Source: the human T2T-CHM13v2.0 reference genome, Homo sapiens
Assembly: GCF_009914755.1 (NCBI RefSeq)
Contig: NC_060933.1
DNA: 64,000 nt
Strand: one strand, 5' to 3'
The notes beneath the pieces were generated by a model. That model ran no database searches and was not told the DNA's origin. It saw only the letters and a list, made by a program, of their open reading frames with translations. The position numbers were made by a program, and so were the translations under genes. Shown here in pieces: positions 51,310 through 64,000 of this stretch. Position 1 is the stretch's first letter. Every line of letters begins with the position of its first letter.

Positions 51310-54300
51310 CTGTAATAGATAGATCTTTGAAGCTAGACTTGTGTAAAAAACCAGAGACTCCATATTAACTATTGTATTAATATTATGAAAAGAAGCTTGA
51401 TTATAAAGCTGGTCTGTTAAATTCAGAGACTATGTGAACTGGTTATTTGACTTCCTTTATGTTTTCTTGACAAAAGTAAGTGAATTATTTATTTACTTGG
51501 AACTGAAGGAAACCTTAGGAATGATCTAATCCAAAATAATACTGATTAGGGCAATCCAGCCATCACGCAATTAAGTGTAGTTTATCTGACTAGGTAGCAT
51601 TTTTTTTCTCTTTCATTGTATAATGCATTTCCTTCATGAATCTGCCTGAAAGAATTAAGAAGGACAGTCTTCTCAGATATAACATGACCATTCTTGCATT
51701 CTTTGGTGGGTAGGAACTGAATAGCTACAGATCTCTGCCTCTTCCAAACAGCATGAATACTTACCTTTCTCATCTTACAGATGTGAAAACTGAAATCCTG
51801 GGTAGCTAGGTGGTTGCTTCAGACAAAAATCATTAATTAGAGATAAAGTTAGGTCAAAGACCATGTTTTTGACATCCAAGTCTATGATATTCTCAGTAAA
51901 TTAAACCAACTCTTTTTAAAACATTATCAAATTAGCTATTTTAATCAATTATAATAAATATGCATACAAGGTTTTTTTTATTTTTTTCTGAGACAGCCAG
52001 GTGTAAATATATAAGCAAATAGACTGGCTTAATGAGAAATCTAATGCAGTAGTCCATCTATGAGGTGAGTCAGTGTGGTTTGTGACCAGGGATGGGAGAT
52101 ATTGCAGCTTCAATAGCTCAAATGTACTGGAATTTCATTCACAGCTCACTGTATTCAGAATCTGCAAGAAGCATAAATTCCAGGCCTGAGTAAATGGTGA
52201 AAAAGAGGCGGTGCCTTGGCTAACTTGACCTCAGATTCTAGTAGAGTTTAGAGATGCAGGGATGCCTAGACTGCAAGACTGGGAAAGGCAGATTATAACT
52301 ACGCACCATTAAGAAGAAAAAGAAGAAAAAAAATAATTTGTTGACCAAAAATGTACTTTGCATTCAAGGATTTTTTTTCATAGATTCTGTTAATGAGTGA
52401 GGAATACTTAAATATTTAAATATAATTTTTTGGTAGTTCTTCAATAATACTGATCACTAGGACTTCTTCAGAATATTTTGATAGGCTACTCACATAGCCT
52501 GAATAGTAAAATGTATAAAATGGCATTGCCTATGGGCTTGCTTTATGCAGAGGAAAATTAAAAACATAGCCAGCTGCCAGATGGAAGATGTGTTTGCAGA
52601 GCTGAGAAAACTGCTGCAGAGCAAACACTGCTTAACAATAGCAACTGGGGCCTGCCTTGGCACTTGTTATCTATTTGCAGTCATTCATAAAACTTTAATG
52701 TTTAGACATTAAACAAAGCACAGAAGTGATATTGCTATGGTCTGCTAAGTGTTAGTGCAGGATGAAGACCTATCGTTAGAGTTATGAAAAACCACAGCAG
52801 CACAAGCAGCTATAATGATTTAAGAGAATATGACTGCTGCTTTTCTCTCATCTAAGAGGATAGAGCTAACTGGTAAATATACAACTTACTTCATATAACT
52901 TATTTATGATGTACATGGAATCATATAACAGCATCATGCTATCATGTTTTTCAATAATATATTCTGTCATTGGCTAAGTTTATGGAAGTAGTCTCAGAAA
53001 TTATCTTTCCCCAGAGTATCAATATGTAATAATATATGACCCTTGTTTGAGCTTAATTTGCCTAATTACCATGGATTACTCTATGTTAACAATTGTTATT
53101 TCTCAAGTCAATATATGATGATGGCTTGTGTGATATGGGAGATATAAAAAGAATGTTTCCAAAACAAAATATGTAGAAGAGGAAGACAGAGCTGGGAATC
53201 AAAGGAAAGGTGTTTGTTTGCCTCTCCGTATCTCATTATGTTTTTCATCTATGAAAACTGCTAATAGTTCACATAGTTGTTAGGATAATTTAATGAAACA
53301 CTGCAAATGAATGCTCTGATCATAGTCTGATTTATAATAAGATAAGAACTATTATAAAGAATATTTGATTGTTGCTATCAGGTTCCTTAAGACCTGGAAT
53401 TATAGACTGTAAGGAGGGACTGATGGTCTTTCCGCCAGCATACTCTGGGAGGGTCAGTGGCCACTTTTTTTCACTCTCTACCCTCTACCTTAGATCCTCC
53501 AAACCTCTCAATATTAGTTATGGTTTATTTAACCCAATTCCAGAAATGATCTATGCACACCTGCAGGCTAAACCTCAATCAGTATAGGAACTAGCCAAAT
53601 ACATATTAATAGTTATTTTCCTAGCAAGTGGAATTTGGAAGTAGTTCACAGCTGTCATGACTGATGAATGTGAATCTAAAGCTATTCAAAGCCCCAGATG
53701 CCTGGGACAGCATCCTGCGGAAACTTCCTGACCTACACTAATGCTGTGCAGTGTCTCTGCTAGGCTATAGACTAAACTCCCTCTGATAGTCTGGGAACAC
53801 TGAGTTTCTGGCCTCAGCTTCTGGTCATTACTCCTACTCCTTACTAATGTCCCCTCTGTTGCTCTCAAATTTATAATGCCACACAAAATGTCTACCCCAT
53901 TTAAAACAGAAATTTTTGGAAATAGATGTCCTTTCTATATTGGATTTGAGTTTGAAGAGTGTCCCTAGGGCTTACTGTAGATTTGTGGACAAAATCTATA
54001 CTTTGCATTCAAGAATTTTTTTTCTCATATATCTTGTTAATGAGTGAGAAGTATTTAAATATATGCATATATATTCACTCTTCCCCAACTTGGGTTGCAC
54101 CCTCTGTTCTCATTGCACTATTAAACCCACATAAACTGGTTGCACAGTTCACATCCATCTGGTTATTGGCTTTCCATTCTTGGAAGTGCTCCTAGGGTCA
54201 ATAATACAGCCTAGGCCTACAGTTTAAGACACTCTTGGTTGCTTTATACAGGCTCATTTAGAATAAATTTCATGCATTGGGGGAAGTTAATTGTGGTATC

Positions 54301-55641
54301 AGCTTATTATGAAGTTGTTAGAGAAAGTTTGCTTACATTAACAAACTGGTGTTCTACTGAGATTAATCTCTTCATTTCTATCATATGCTCCACATAAGAC
54401 AAATAAAACATTTTAAATGAAAATCACCATAGATTTCTCCATAGCTAGTAAAAGAACTCACCCCAGATTCTGCAGGAGGGAATAGTATACTCTACAATAC
54501 AATGGCTTGGGAAGAATAAGAAAACACATTCTGAGTCAATGAAGAATGAATATCTGACTGTCCTGTACAGAAGTGAGATATTGGACTGCATTACGAATAC
54601 TTACAGCAAAGGCTAAACTCTTCTTCAGGCAAATTTTATTTTCAAAGACGTCTATATATAAACATGTTATTTAGACTTCTTAACAAAACATTATTGGCCA
54701 CACACCTCTCACCTGCATAAATTTACTTGACAGAAACATCTGAATTATGAATGTTTAGGTAGCTTACACTTTTAGCATTTAATACATTTGAAAATGTTAT
54801 GTAAGATCAGTAAGTTTTAAGATCGCTCCATTATAGAGAAAGATACAGGAAGAACTAAAGAGATTTTTCTGAATTTCCTAAAAAGAAATTTCTAAAAAGG
54901 CAATGTACATATCTCAGTAGTATGAACCTAACAGATAAATATTTCATAATAAAACAAAAAGAACCTCAAATTGGCTAAGAAAGGTCATAAAAATGACTCA
55001 ATTGTTAAGTTAACTGATAAATATTAATTGCAGCCCATTATGTGTCAGATTCTAGGAGTCCCAACCTGGTAAAACCTCAAGTATTGCTCAACAGATTTTG
55101 GGTGGGAGGAGCCATCTCTCTAAAGAGACAGCACTTTGCTGAATAAGGAGCGAAGTGGCTAGTCATATCTTTGAATGCATCCTCTATATCTAATTATTCT
55201 CATTGTCTTCCTTCTCCTTGCCCATGTTTGTAGCTAAGATCATACTGACTGGGATCAACAAAGAGTTGCAATAGATTCCCATGATTGAAAAAATGAGAAA
55301 GAAAAAGGTCAAGTATATTTCTCTCTTTTTCTTATTCCTTTTTATTACATATTTCCCAAACTGTTTCTGTCTTTTTTTATTGTCTCCTTTTGTCTTCTCT
55401 GCTTCCTCCTTCACCTACGACCTTCTCCTTTTCTTTATCTTTCTTCTGTCATCTTCATTATCACCTCTTTTTCCTTTTTCTCCTCTTTTTTCATCTCTTC
55501 CTAACTGCAAAAGTACATATCAATAATTAACAAACAAGCTTGGAACAAGTATTTAAGATCTTCAGAGGACTCATAGGTCAGGATATAAAAAGATCACCAT
55601 CAGGAATATTTTAAAGTTTTTATCATTGACATGATAAACAA

Positions 55642-56120
55642 TGTCAGTTCCATGTAAAAACCACCAGAGAAACCTAGTAATCCAACAAAATTGAGTTCAT
55701 TAAACACTGAAGCAAAGAAGATCACCACCTCAATAGTCTCAATAGTGTCTCAAAAGGGAGAAATTAAGGAAGATTTTGGGCTTTGGGGTTTGGGATAAAG
55801 TGATTTGAAAATAGGTCTTTCAAGATGAGGATCTAATTAGGATTTGGGAAAGTTTGTGACGTATCATTTAGAATTGTTTCTCCAGCAAGTAAAGGATCTT
55901 AAAGTAAGCCTTAATAATCAAACTATTGCTCTAATAAGCAAGCTGTCTGCTCAGGTATATGAACTGTTGTCCAAATCATTCACCTAGACAAATTAGTTTG
56001 AAAAAATTTCTTGAAGCAAAAAATAAAATGTATTGGCTTACGGGTTTATCTTTCTGGTTAAAAACTTCCTGATCAAACAGTTAAATTATATTGACACAGT
56101 TAGTCTCACTTCTAGTCTCA
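55642..56120 (-). mobile_element. Ancient ERV LTR (MER110/MER89-like; family uncertain)
   Basis: 'tgtcagt..aaaaccaccagag..caaaattgagttcatt..atagtgtctcaaaagg' resembles an antisense U5/R end. Confidence 0.45.
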
Positions 56121-56259
56121 ACAGTTATGTGAAAGAAGCCTTAGTTCTTATATGAGCAGTGGAGGACTTAGTTTAACACAAAGAAACTGCTTTTTTATCA
56201 AAATATTGGGTAAACTGCCCCACAATATATTCTAGAAAAACAGTGAAATATAGGCTTTA

Positions 56260-56860
56260 TCAGTTCTCAACCAGGGAAGGTACTATATCCCAGGAGGTAT
56301 TTGGAAATATATCAGGCACACTGTTTGCATTTAGAGAATAGTTTCCAGAGATGCTGTTTTAATCCATTTGTTTTACTATATAGGAAATACCTGAGACTGG
56401 GTAATTTATAAAGAAAAGAGATTAATTGGCTCATGGTTCTTCAGGGTGTACAAGAAATCTGGTGCTGGCATCTGCTTCTGGTGAGGGCCCCAGGAAGCTC
56501 ACAATAATGGTGGAAGGTGAAGCAGGAGCAAGCACATTACATGACAAGAGCTACCGCCAGAAAGTGAGGCAGGGAAGGCCCCAGACTTTTAAACCACCAG
56601 ATTTCAAATGAACTAAGTGAGAACTCACTTTTCACTAAGGGGATGGTGCCAAACCATTCAGGAGGAACCTGCCCCTGTGAGCAATCACCTCCCAAAAGTC
56701 CCACCTCCAACACTGGGAATCACATTTCAACATGAGATTTGGAGGGTACTAACATGCTCACCATATCACATGCTAAATGAATTGCAACATGCAAGGCAGA
56801 CCACATGACAAAGAATTTTTCTACCTAAAATGCCAACAGACCCTGTTAAAAACAAGGGCT
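56260..56860 (+). mobile_element. MER20-like MITE split by the MST LTR
   Basis: 'cagttctcaaccaggg..tttggaaat..ccagagatgc', then after the LTR 'taaat..acaaagaatt..aaaatgccaa'. Confidence 0.6.
56355..56768 (-). mobile_element. MSTA/MSTB MaLR solo LTR
   Basis: 'aaatacctgagactgggtaatttataaagaaaagag..ggcatctgcttctggtgaggg..tttcaacatgagatttggaggg..accatatca'. TSD gatgc/catgc. Confidence 0.92.
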
Positions 56861-57034
56861 GAATGATCATAATTTAAGGTAGAGTTTCGGTTTAAAGACC
56901 ACATTCTGAATACAATATACAGATTAGCAGCTTGCTATTTTTAATTTTCATTAACATGCCAGGAAGTTCTGTTCCATTAACATGCCAGGAAGTTCTGTAT
57001 GTTCATTTTCAACATTCCATAAAAAATATGAATG

Positions 57035-57712
57035 CAATCATTAAAAAGTCAGGAAACAACAGGTGCTGGAGAGGATGTGGAGAAATAGGAACACTTTTAC
57101 ACTGTTGGTGGGACTGTAAACTAGTTCAACCATTGTGGAAGTCAATGTGGCGATTCCTCAGGGATCTAGAACTAGAAATACCATTTGACCCAGCCATCCC
57201 ATTACTGGGTATATACCCAAAGGACTATAAATCATGCTGCTATAAAGACACATGCACATGTATGTTTATTGCGGCATTATTCACAATAGCAAAGACTTGG
57301 AACCAACCCAAATGTCCAACAATGATAGACTGGATTAAGAAAATGTGGCACATATACACCATGGAATACTATGCAGCCATACAAAATGATGAGTTCATGT
57401 CCTTTGTAGGGACATGGATGAAATTGGAAATCATCATTCTCAGTAAACTATCGCAAGAACAAAAAACCAAACACCGCATATTCTCACTCATAGGTGGGAA
57501 TTGAACAATGAGATCACATGGACACAGGAAGGGGAATATCACACTCTGGGGACTGTGGTGGGGTGGGGGGAGGGGGGAGGGATAGCATTGGGAGATATAC
57601 CTAATGCTAGATGACGAGTTAGTGGGTGCAGCGCACCAGCATGGCACATGTATACATATGTAACTAACCTGCACAATGTGCACATGTACCCTAAAACCTA
57701 AAGTATAATAAA
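57035..57712 (+). mobile_element. Young 5'-truncated L1PA2 with a 14-bp TSD
   Basis: Uninterrupted ORF2 C-terminus (..[26 protein letters not shown]). 3'UTR 'gatgacGAGttag' (not ACA/ACG). TSD aaaaaatatgaatg at 57021-57034 and 57713-57726. Confidence 0.96.
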
Positions 57713-58066
57713 AAAAAATATGAATGAAGAACTGGGAAGACATAAAGCTGAAAGGGATAGCCAACATATAGGATACACAATCAAAATTCAAAGTTTTCTC
57801 AAAAAATAAACGAATAAAATAAATGGGATATTTTACAGCTAATGTATAGAACTTAGTGTACACTTACCCCCCGCCAAAAAAATTTAAGTTGGCCTCCAAA
57901 AGACCACCCTTGACAGTAGTTTAAGCATGGAACGTTTAGAAATTTTAGCAGTTCACAATTTCATATAACGTAATAATTGGGGAAAATTGGACCAAATTAT
58001 TGGAAGAACATTAGAGTTTCAATTTTAAAGCACATTAGGTTAATTGTAGGACATTATGTACATTAT

Positions 58067-58262
58067 ATTTTATGAGAGACATTAGCAAATCAAGATTAAG
58101 TCAGGAGAAAATAACCAAGATGTTGAAGGGTATGAAGATCATAGCACATCTATACTGATGAGAAATTACTCAAGTAAGTGAGGTCATTCAGCTTGGAGAT
58201 CTAGAGATATAGAAGCTAAGTAGAAATTGTCTTTGACAATATTTTAAGGAGCATCATCTTAA
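58067..58262 (+). mobile_element. CR1/L3 LINE fragment
   Basis: 'gagagacattagcaaa..accaagatgttgaagggtatg..ttcagcttggaga..gtctttg..atttt aagg' pattern. Confidence 0.55.
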
Positions 58263-58284
58263 AAGAATGATTTGACATCATTCT

Positions 58285-58635
58285 AGGGTCTTGCTACTCA
58301 AAGTATCGCCCACAGACGTGCAGCTATGGAATCACCCAGGAGCTTACTAGAAACACAGAATTACGGGTCCCATCCCCAACCCATTAAGGTAGAATTTGTA
58401 CTTTAATGAGATCTCCAGGTGACTCCGTGCACATTTATGTCTGAGAAGTAGTTAGAGATGTGTTTCTCAAACTTTTGTAGATGCAATAATCACCTGCTGT
58501 ATGTGATAAAATGAAGATCTGAAGACCGGAACTCACACTTTCTGGTTTAGAATTTCCAAGGGAAAAGATCAGCTAATCTGTAAGTTTAGCAAGTACAGCA
58601 AGGGACGCTAATATCATGCAAGTTTAGGGAACTCT
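58285..58635. mobile_element. Two adjacent hAT-Charlie MITEs (MER5A-like, then MER117-like)
   Basis: 'gctactcaaagt..atcacccaggagctt..gatctccaggtga..ctgagaag' and 'tttctcaaact..aatcacctg..aagtttagggaac'. Confidence 0.65.
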
Positions 58636-60539
58636 ACTCCAATTCAAATAACTAAATTTATACACACTATTAAAATGAGCTAGATTTTGACAGGCATTTC
58701 TAAAATTTTGTCCTGTTGGAAGAAGGAGCTTTGGGAGGTAATGAGTCCTGGTCATAGACCTATTATAAGTAGAGACTGACCATCTGTCAAAAGTGACAAA
58801 GCAGGAAAGTTTGTTCTCTGTGGGAGGTAGAACGAACTAGATGATTTTATATTGCCTCCCAAATATAAAAATGTAGATTCTCCTATATCCAGCTGTGATT
58901 TCTCAAGCCAATTTGTGGAGACACATGTAGCAATAAAAGCCAGAGGCAAATCAAGAATACAAACTTTGACCCCCATTTCTGTGGTCCATTCCCACTGCTG
59001 CCTTTCATGAGCATTTGCTGGCAATTCATCTAAACTGTGATCCCAATGGCACCAAGAACTGAAAATAAATCCATGGGTTCCAGGAAGTAATTAAGGGTTT
59101 CTCTAGTGAGCTCAGCTTGAATTAACTTCAAGGAGTCTTGTAGCTACCCAGATTTTTCACACCAAGTCATGTCATGGTGCATAATTTAATGCTGTAATTT
59201 ATTCACAGTAATTCTTGTTAAATGAAGCCCAGTGGCAGTTTTACCATAAAAAGGAAAGGAAGTATTGCTTGTTTTATTGTGAGAAACAATGTTCACTGAG
59301 GTAAAAAAAAAACCCAGACTCACCTATGATCTGTTAATATATATGTAATTGTTATGTGGAGTTCTCCAACTGAGCAGCTACAAGAGTTCTCAAATTGAAC
59401 TGCTATGAAATTTCACCCTTATTTCTCTTTTATTACTCTGGTTGTTTGAAGATAAGATTCAATTAAAGTTTTGCCCTTCTGCCTCAAACTCTAGCACCAA
59501 GATACGCCACTCACAGGAATTTTCAGCAGATACTGTAACAAAATCGACAGCCATCATTTCATTTAACCATGCTCTCTCTCTTTTTCATGTAGTATTAAGC
59601 CTGTTATGAAGTAGAAAACAGTGTTTCTGAATAAGGAGAAAGAGGGAAGCAAAGGGAGGGAGAATCTGACAGATGTGAAAACTGGCTTTTCCAGTTGAAG
59701 TATTGGGCCTAAAATGTATATACCCCTTTCTTGATGACAGTATATGTCACTTGTGTGAGTATGAGAGTTTGTGTCACTTGTGTGAGTATGAGAGTTGTGT
59801 TGGTGGTGTTGCTTGGCCTGAATGGAAGCATACAGAACAGAGAGGAAATATACTAGACTCTTAGTTGCTGAAAGTCATTTGCTAATAACTATTTTTAAAG
59901 AAACAGTCTTTTCCTCCAAGCTGCAACTTAAGAAATAACACTAAACCTGTCTCAATGAGTAGCTTCCCCACACACCAGCCATTCATGCTAGAAATCTCCA
60001 AGTCGCACTCAATGCTTCTTATTTCCCAGTCCCCATAACCAATTGTTTATCAAGTCCTCTTTATTACACCTATGAAAGTTTCCTTTATATAGCACCTCCA
60101 CTGCAATCTAATTAGTTCATAATTCATCTATTTTATAACACAGCCATTTAAATAGCACATCATCCTTTAAATAACACATCCTCCAACCTAATGAGTTCAT
60201 AATTCAGCCTTTCATTTAACATATTTCTGAGTATCACTTTTGTATCGGACACTATCTCGTGAAGGAATTAGAAAGTGAATCAACCAATGTCTCTGCTAAT
60301 CAGCTGTCCCCCAAATTATAGAACAAATCTTCCTCTCCTCTCTCTCATTTAAATCGCTTCCCCTTCCTCAACCAATGAATGTGTACCAAGATAATCTTTA
60401 TAGCAGATCTGATCTAATGAAGTTTAAATGACTTCCAATGAGCTAAAAAAAAAAAGTTTTCCAATATGAGTACTAATGAAAATCATCTGAATTATTTGGG
60501 GAAAAAGAGAAAGAGAAAAAAATGGAGAAACAGTAGCAT

Positions 60540-60735
60540 AAAGAAGAAAGGAAGGAATGAAAGAGGGAAGAAGAAAGAAGGGAGGAAGGAAGGAGGGAAA
60601 GAAGGAAGAAGGGAAGAAAGGAAGGGATGGAGGAAGCAAGGAAGGAAAAGAAAGAGAAATGGGTAAAGAGAAAAGGAAGGAAGGAAACAAGGAAGGGAGG
60701 AAGCAGGGGAGGAAGGGAAGAGGAAAAAAGGAAGA
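60540..60735. repeat. (GGAA)-type polypurine tract
   Basis: Directly visible. Confidence 0.9.
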
Positions 60736-61499
60736 TTAACTCCAGCCCCACCTCCCTATCAATTTGTGATTTGTAGGTTCGGTGCAGGGCAAAGGAAGTT
60801 GGCTTTTTACCAGACTCTCTGGGTGATTCCTATGATCAGGCAAGTCTGGGAAATACTAGGCTAAAGAGTACAGCCCAAAATATATAAACTGGCTTTCAAA
60901 ATCCTCCATAATCTGCCCTGTATTTTGTATTTTGTCTTCTGGTTCGGTCATTTGCAAATCTTGCTTGCAAACCATAATTAACTGTCAGGCTTTGTAAACA
61001 ATCCACTTCTGTTGGCCTCAACCCTGGATCCTTAGAGATCACGAATCTATAGATCTAGGATATGTACTTTAAAGAATCTAGTAGGTGATTCTGAGGTGCA
61101 ATTGAAGTTTAAATCTGTTGCCCTAACCACATTACATTAGACCAATACTTTTCTCCAAGAGCCAACCCCTTTCCTCTCACCATCAAATTGTTAATTATTT
61201 TTTTTCTCCATGGTATATCCTACTTTTGTTTCTTTTCTAAACCAGGAAAACATTTTTCAAAACCCTCTTTAAATGTCACCTCCTCTATGAATACTTCTGT
61301 TTCCCCCTCAGCCCACAGCCTTTGAGTTTCCATAACCCCCGGCTTATATTGCTAGCCTCTTATTGCATCATCTTGTGCCTATTTGAATGAGTTTGCCTCT
61401 TCTGTTAGATTATGATAGCCTGCTTTCCAGAGATGCTGGCTTTTTCCCCTTATATACCTTATATAATCCCAAAGCATTTAAAAAGGGGTGGGAGGTAGA

Positions 61500-61690
61500 A
61501 AGGAAGAAAGGGGTAATTATTGAGAGGGACAGAAGTGGGGGGTATTTGGCATGCTGGTAATATTCTATTTCTTAACCTACATGGTAGTTGGCTATTAGTA
61601 TGTTGTAATTCATTAAATTGTACATTTATAATTGGTATATTTTGTTGACATATGTGTTATCTCAATAAAAAGCAAAAAGAAGAAATAAAA
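61500..61690 (+). mobile_element. L1ME 3' end
   Basis: 'tgctggtaatattctatttcttaacct..aattcattaaattgtacattta..tatctcaataaaa'. Confidence 0.7.
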
Positions 61691-62469
61691 TTATCTACCA
61701 TAATAAAAATACACTCATAGTCCAAACTCAGAAAAGAGACTACTCAACTACTTGTCTCTCTTCTACAATATCATTTTGCCCTGAGTCATCTCTTTTAGAG
61801 AAGATGAGATCTAAGATTCCCTGTCATGTAAGCCTACAGGTTGACCTTTTCATCAAATGTAATCATGGAATTTCTCAAATAGTTCTTGACAGTCTGCTGT
61901 GTCTTTTAAAATAAGGAGAGTCAGATTACTATTAAAAGATTGGAGAGAATAAAAAAATCTGGTTCAGATCAAATTTTGAGTCCAAAATTCTGATGTCTAC
62001 TCTTTTATGCCTCCATAGCAATTTAGCAGTTGTAGAATTCAAATATGTTATTCCATGATTTTGAGAACCAGGTTCCCACAAGATGGAATAAAGTTTTAAT
62101 TCATTAAATGTACTTTATGGTAGACTAGGGGTTCAACACTGGAAATCAGACAGCTTGCTGCCCTTAAAATGCTTACAGACTATTGAGAGAAAGGATGATT
62201 ACAGTATAGTGTGAGAAGGACTATAGAAGTCCCCTGAGGAAAATGCATGCGTATCGGGAAAGATTACTACCTCCTATACAATCAACCTCACATTGGAGTC
62301 TGTTACAAAGCTCCACTGAGATACATACTTACTGGTCCCACCTGGATGGCAGGGGCAAATTATAAAATGAAAAACACATTGAAAGAGTTAAGCCTTGGGT
62401 AAGGTATGATTTTGCTCTTATAATGTTGACTCTCGGTTGACTTTTGACTGGTGGTTGCCTATTCCAGTG

Positions 62470-63160
62470 ATCATTCATTGATACAACTATTTACTGATTC
62501 CCAACAGTATAAAAGGCACTATATTCAAGACTAAAAATAAGGCCAAAAAAAAAAAGACAGGGTATATCTCTGCCTTTGGAAAGTCACAGAAAGAACAAAC
62601 AATCAGGAAATTAAAAAGATGTGACAAGCGTTGCAATGAGAAAGTAGAGATTATGTTTAGATATTTATGTCTCAGGGGAGACAGAAGTTGAAAACTGACC
62701 TTGAGTTGGTAAGGTGGGGAAATCTTTCCAGGCCTGAAGGGTCAAGAGGGAATAACTAACACAAGAGAGGAGTGAGAAGTCCTGGGACGGTGATTTGGCC
62801 AGAGGACACAGCACAGGAAAAGATCCAGAGGAAAAACTATAATCATGGAATTTCTCAAATAGAAATTCTCAGAGGAAAAGCAGATGACAGGTTCAGGGAT
62901 CTGAGAAACCTTTATGATGAACATGAAGAAAAAGTAAGTGCTGAGATTGAAGAGGTGGACAGAGACCAATGAGTGATAGACCCTCAGAAGCTAGGTAAAT
63001 TGGGTTTCACAGTTTTGGCTTATATTGTGGCAGTAAACAGAGAGATATCAGAACTCATTTAAGGTATTTTAAGCAATGAAGTGTTATAAGAGTTACATTC
63101 AAGAAAAAAAAAATCACTTAAATTGCCATTTGAGAAATTCAATGTGGGGAGGACCAGATT
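62470..63160 (-). mobile_element. Decayed L2, antisense
   Basis: 'tcattcatt..caactatttactga..aggcact' terminus; 'ttttaagcaatgaagtg..atcact'. Confidence 0.55.
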
Positions 63161-64000
63161 AGGGAAGGGAGGAGCTAAACCAGTCTTCTCAGCAGGGTTC
63201 ATATACCGCATGGGGTTGGTGTGCTGGGACATAAGTGAAAGCTAGGGATACACATGGTGCAGTTTCAAGAGGTGAACATTTTACTTACAATTTGGGATAA
63301 AATAAGTTTTATGTTCTGTATGCTTCAAAGGTTTCACCCCATACATGTGCAAACAAAGCTAGCAGAACCTTGCTTTTCTCAGGCAACCAAGGTCATGGTT
63401 TTATCATGAAAGCCAAAAAAGTAAAAATAATTTATTTGTAGCAACAGATTAGAAAATATGGCACTTGTGTCTAGTCTCTGAGGCTTCACACACAAAAACT
63501 TAAAAGCAAAGATGATAGCCCTTCTCAGCCACAATTAGCAACTCAGTATAAGCAGCAGTCATCAATGTAAAAAAAAATATGATATACTTAGATGTTTATT
63601 TAAAGTATGGGCTTTTTTATTGGAGAGATGCAAATTAGTCTAAATTTCAGTATCTTTTGTGTGAAAAAAGAAACTGAACAATTACTGCATGAAACTCTTC
63701 TTTCAACAACATTTAAAAGCCAATCATGCAAATTTTAAGCGAAAATCATCAGAAGTTTTAGAGCTAAAAAAGAAATGACTAAGAGCAAAACAATGAAAAG
63801 AACAATCAAACAAGCAAATGAAAAGTTCTTGGATTCTGCCTTCCAGATCCGTTTCAAAACCCTTTTGGAAGAAAATCTCATGTTTAGAAGTACATTTAGA
63901 AAAGTGCTGTGCTATAGATGTGGCCAAATCTGTTTGAGTCAAGAGAGGGCAGTCAAACAGTTCCCTTAGACATCTCACCAGCCAACACATTTTAAAATAT

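Noticed and set aside
56932-57504. 190-aa ORF, the longest in the window
   Set aside because: It is the L1PA2 ORF2 C-terminus read in frame from ~100 bp of flank, starting at TTG. There is no evidence of a gene.
57035-57712. Possible L1HS-Ta/pre-Ta element
   Set aside because: The diagnostic 3'UTR trinucleotide is GAG rather than ACA/ACG, and the element is heavily 5'-truncated and inactive.
62772-62972. 66-aa charged, protein-like ORF
   Set aside because: GTG start, lies in antisense L2, spans the templated insert, and has no recognisable domain.

Overview
AT-rich, CpG-poor primate genomic DNA. It is most likely human or great ape, given the AluS elements and a near-consensus L1PA2. It looks intergenic or deep intronic, and I cannot identify the locus. 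I recognise no cellular protein-coding exon, tRNA, rRNA or CpG island. The ORF-track entries are L1 ORF2 remnants, Alu/LTR read-throughs, microsatellite translations or chance ORFs, many starting at TTG/GTG. A large part of the window is transposon-derived: many L1 generations (L1ME/MC/MB/MA, L1PB, L1PA15-16, L1PA2), Alu, MIR, L2, CR1/L3, MaLR/ERV LTRs and hAT DNA transposons. The less routine items are: (1) a decayed ERV internal segment on the minus strand (~21.9-23.8 kb) with an ERV-L-like integrase core followed by a gamma-type env TM remnant; (2) a tailless U2 snRNA 5' retrocopy (nt 1-33) with a 13-bp TSD at 42.0 kb; (3) three scars built from locally templated direct or inverted copies (13.35-15.0, 41.85-42.5 and 61.86-62.88 kb), plus several spaced 24-28-bp duplications; (4) two L1s that keep both ends but have lost their middles; (5) a candidate 17-nt micro-exon. 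I found no convincing new biological system; these are best read as fossils of known processes. Repeat subfamily names come from recalled consensus sequences, and old-repeat boundaries are approximate.
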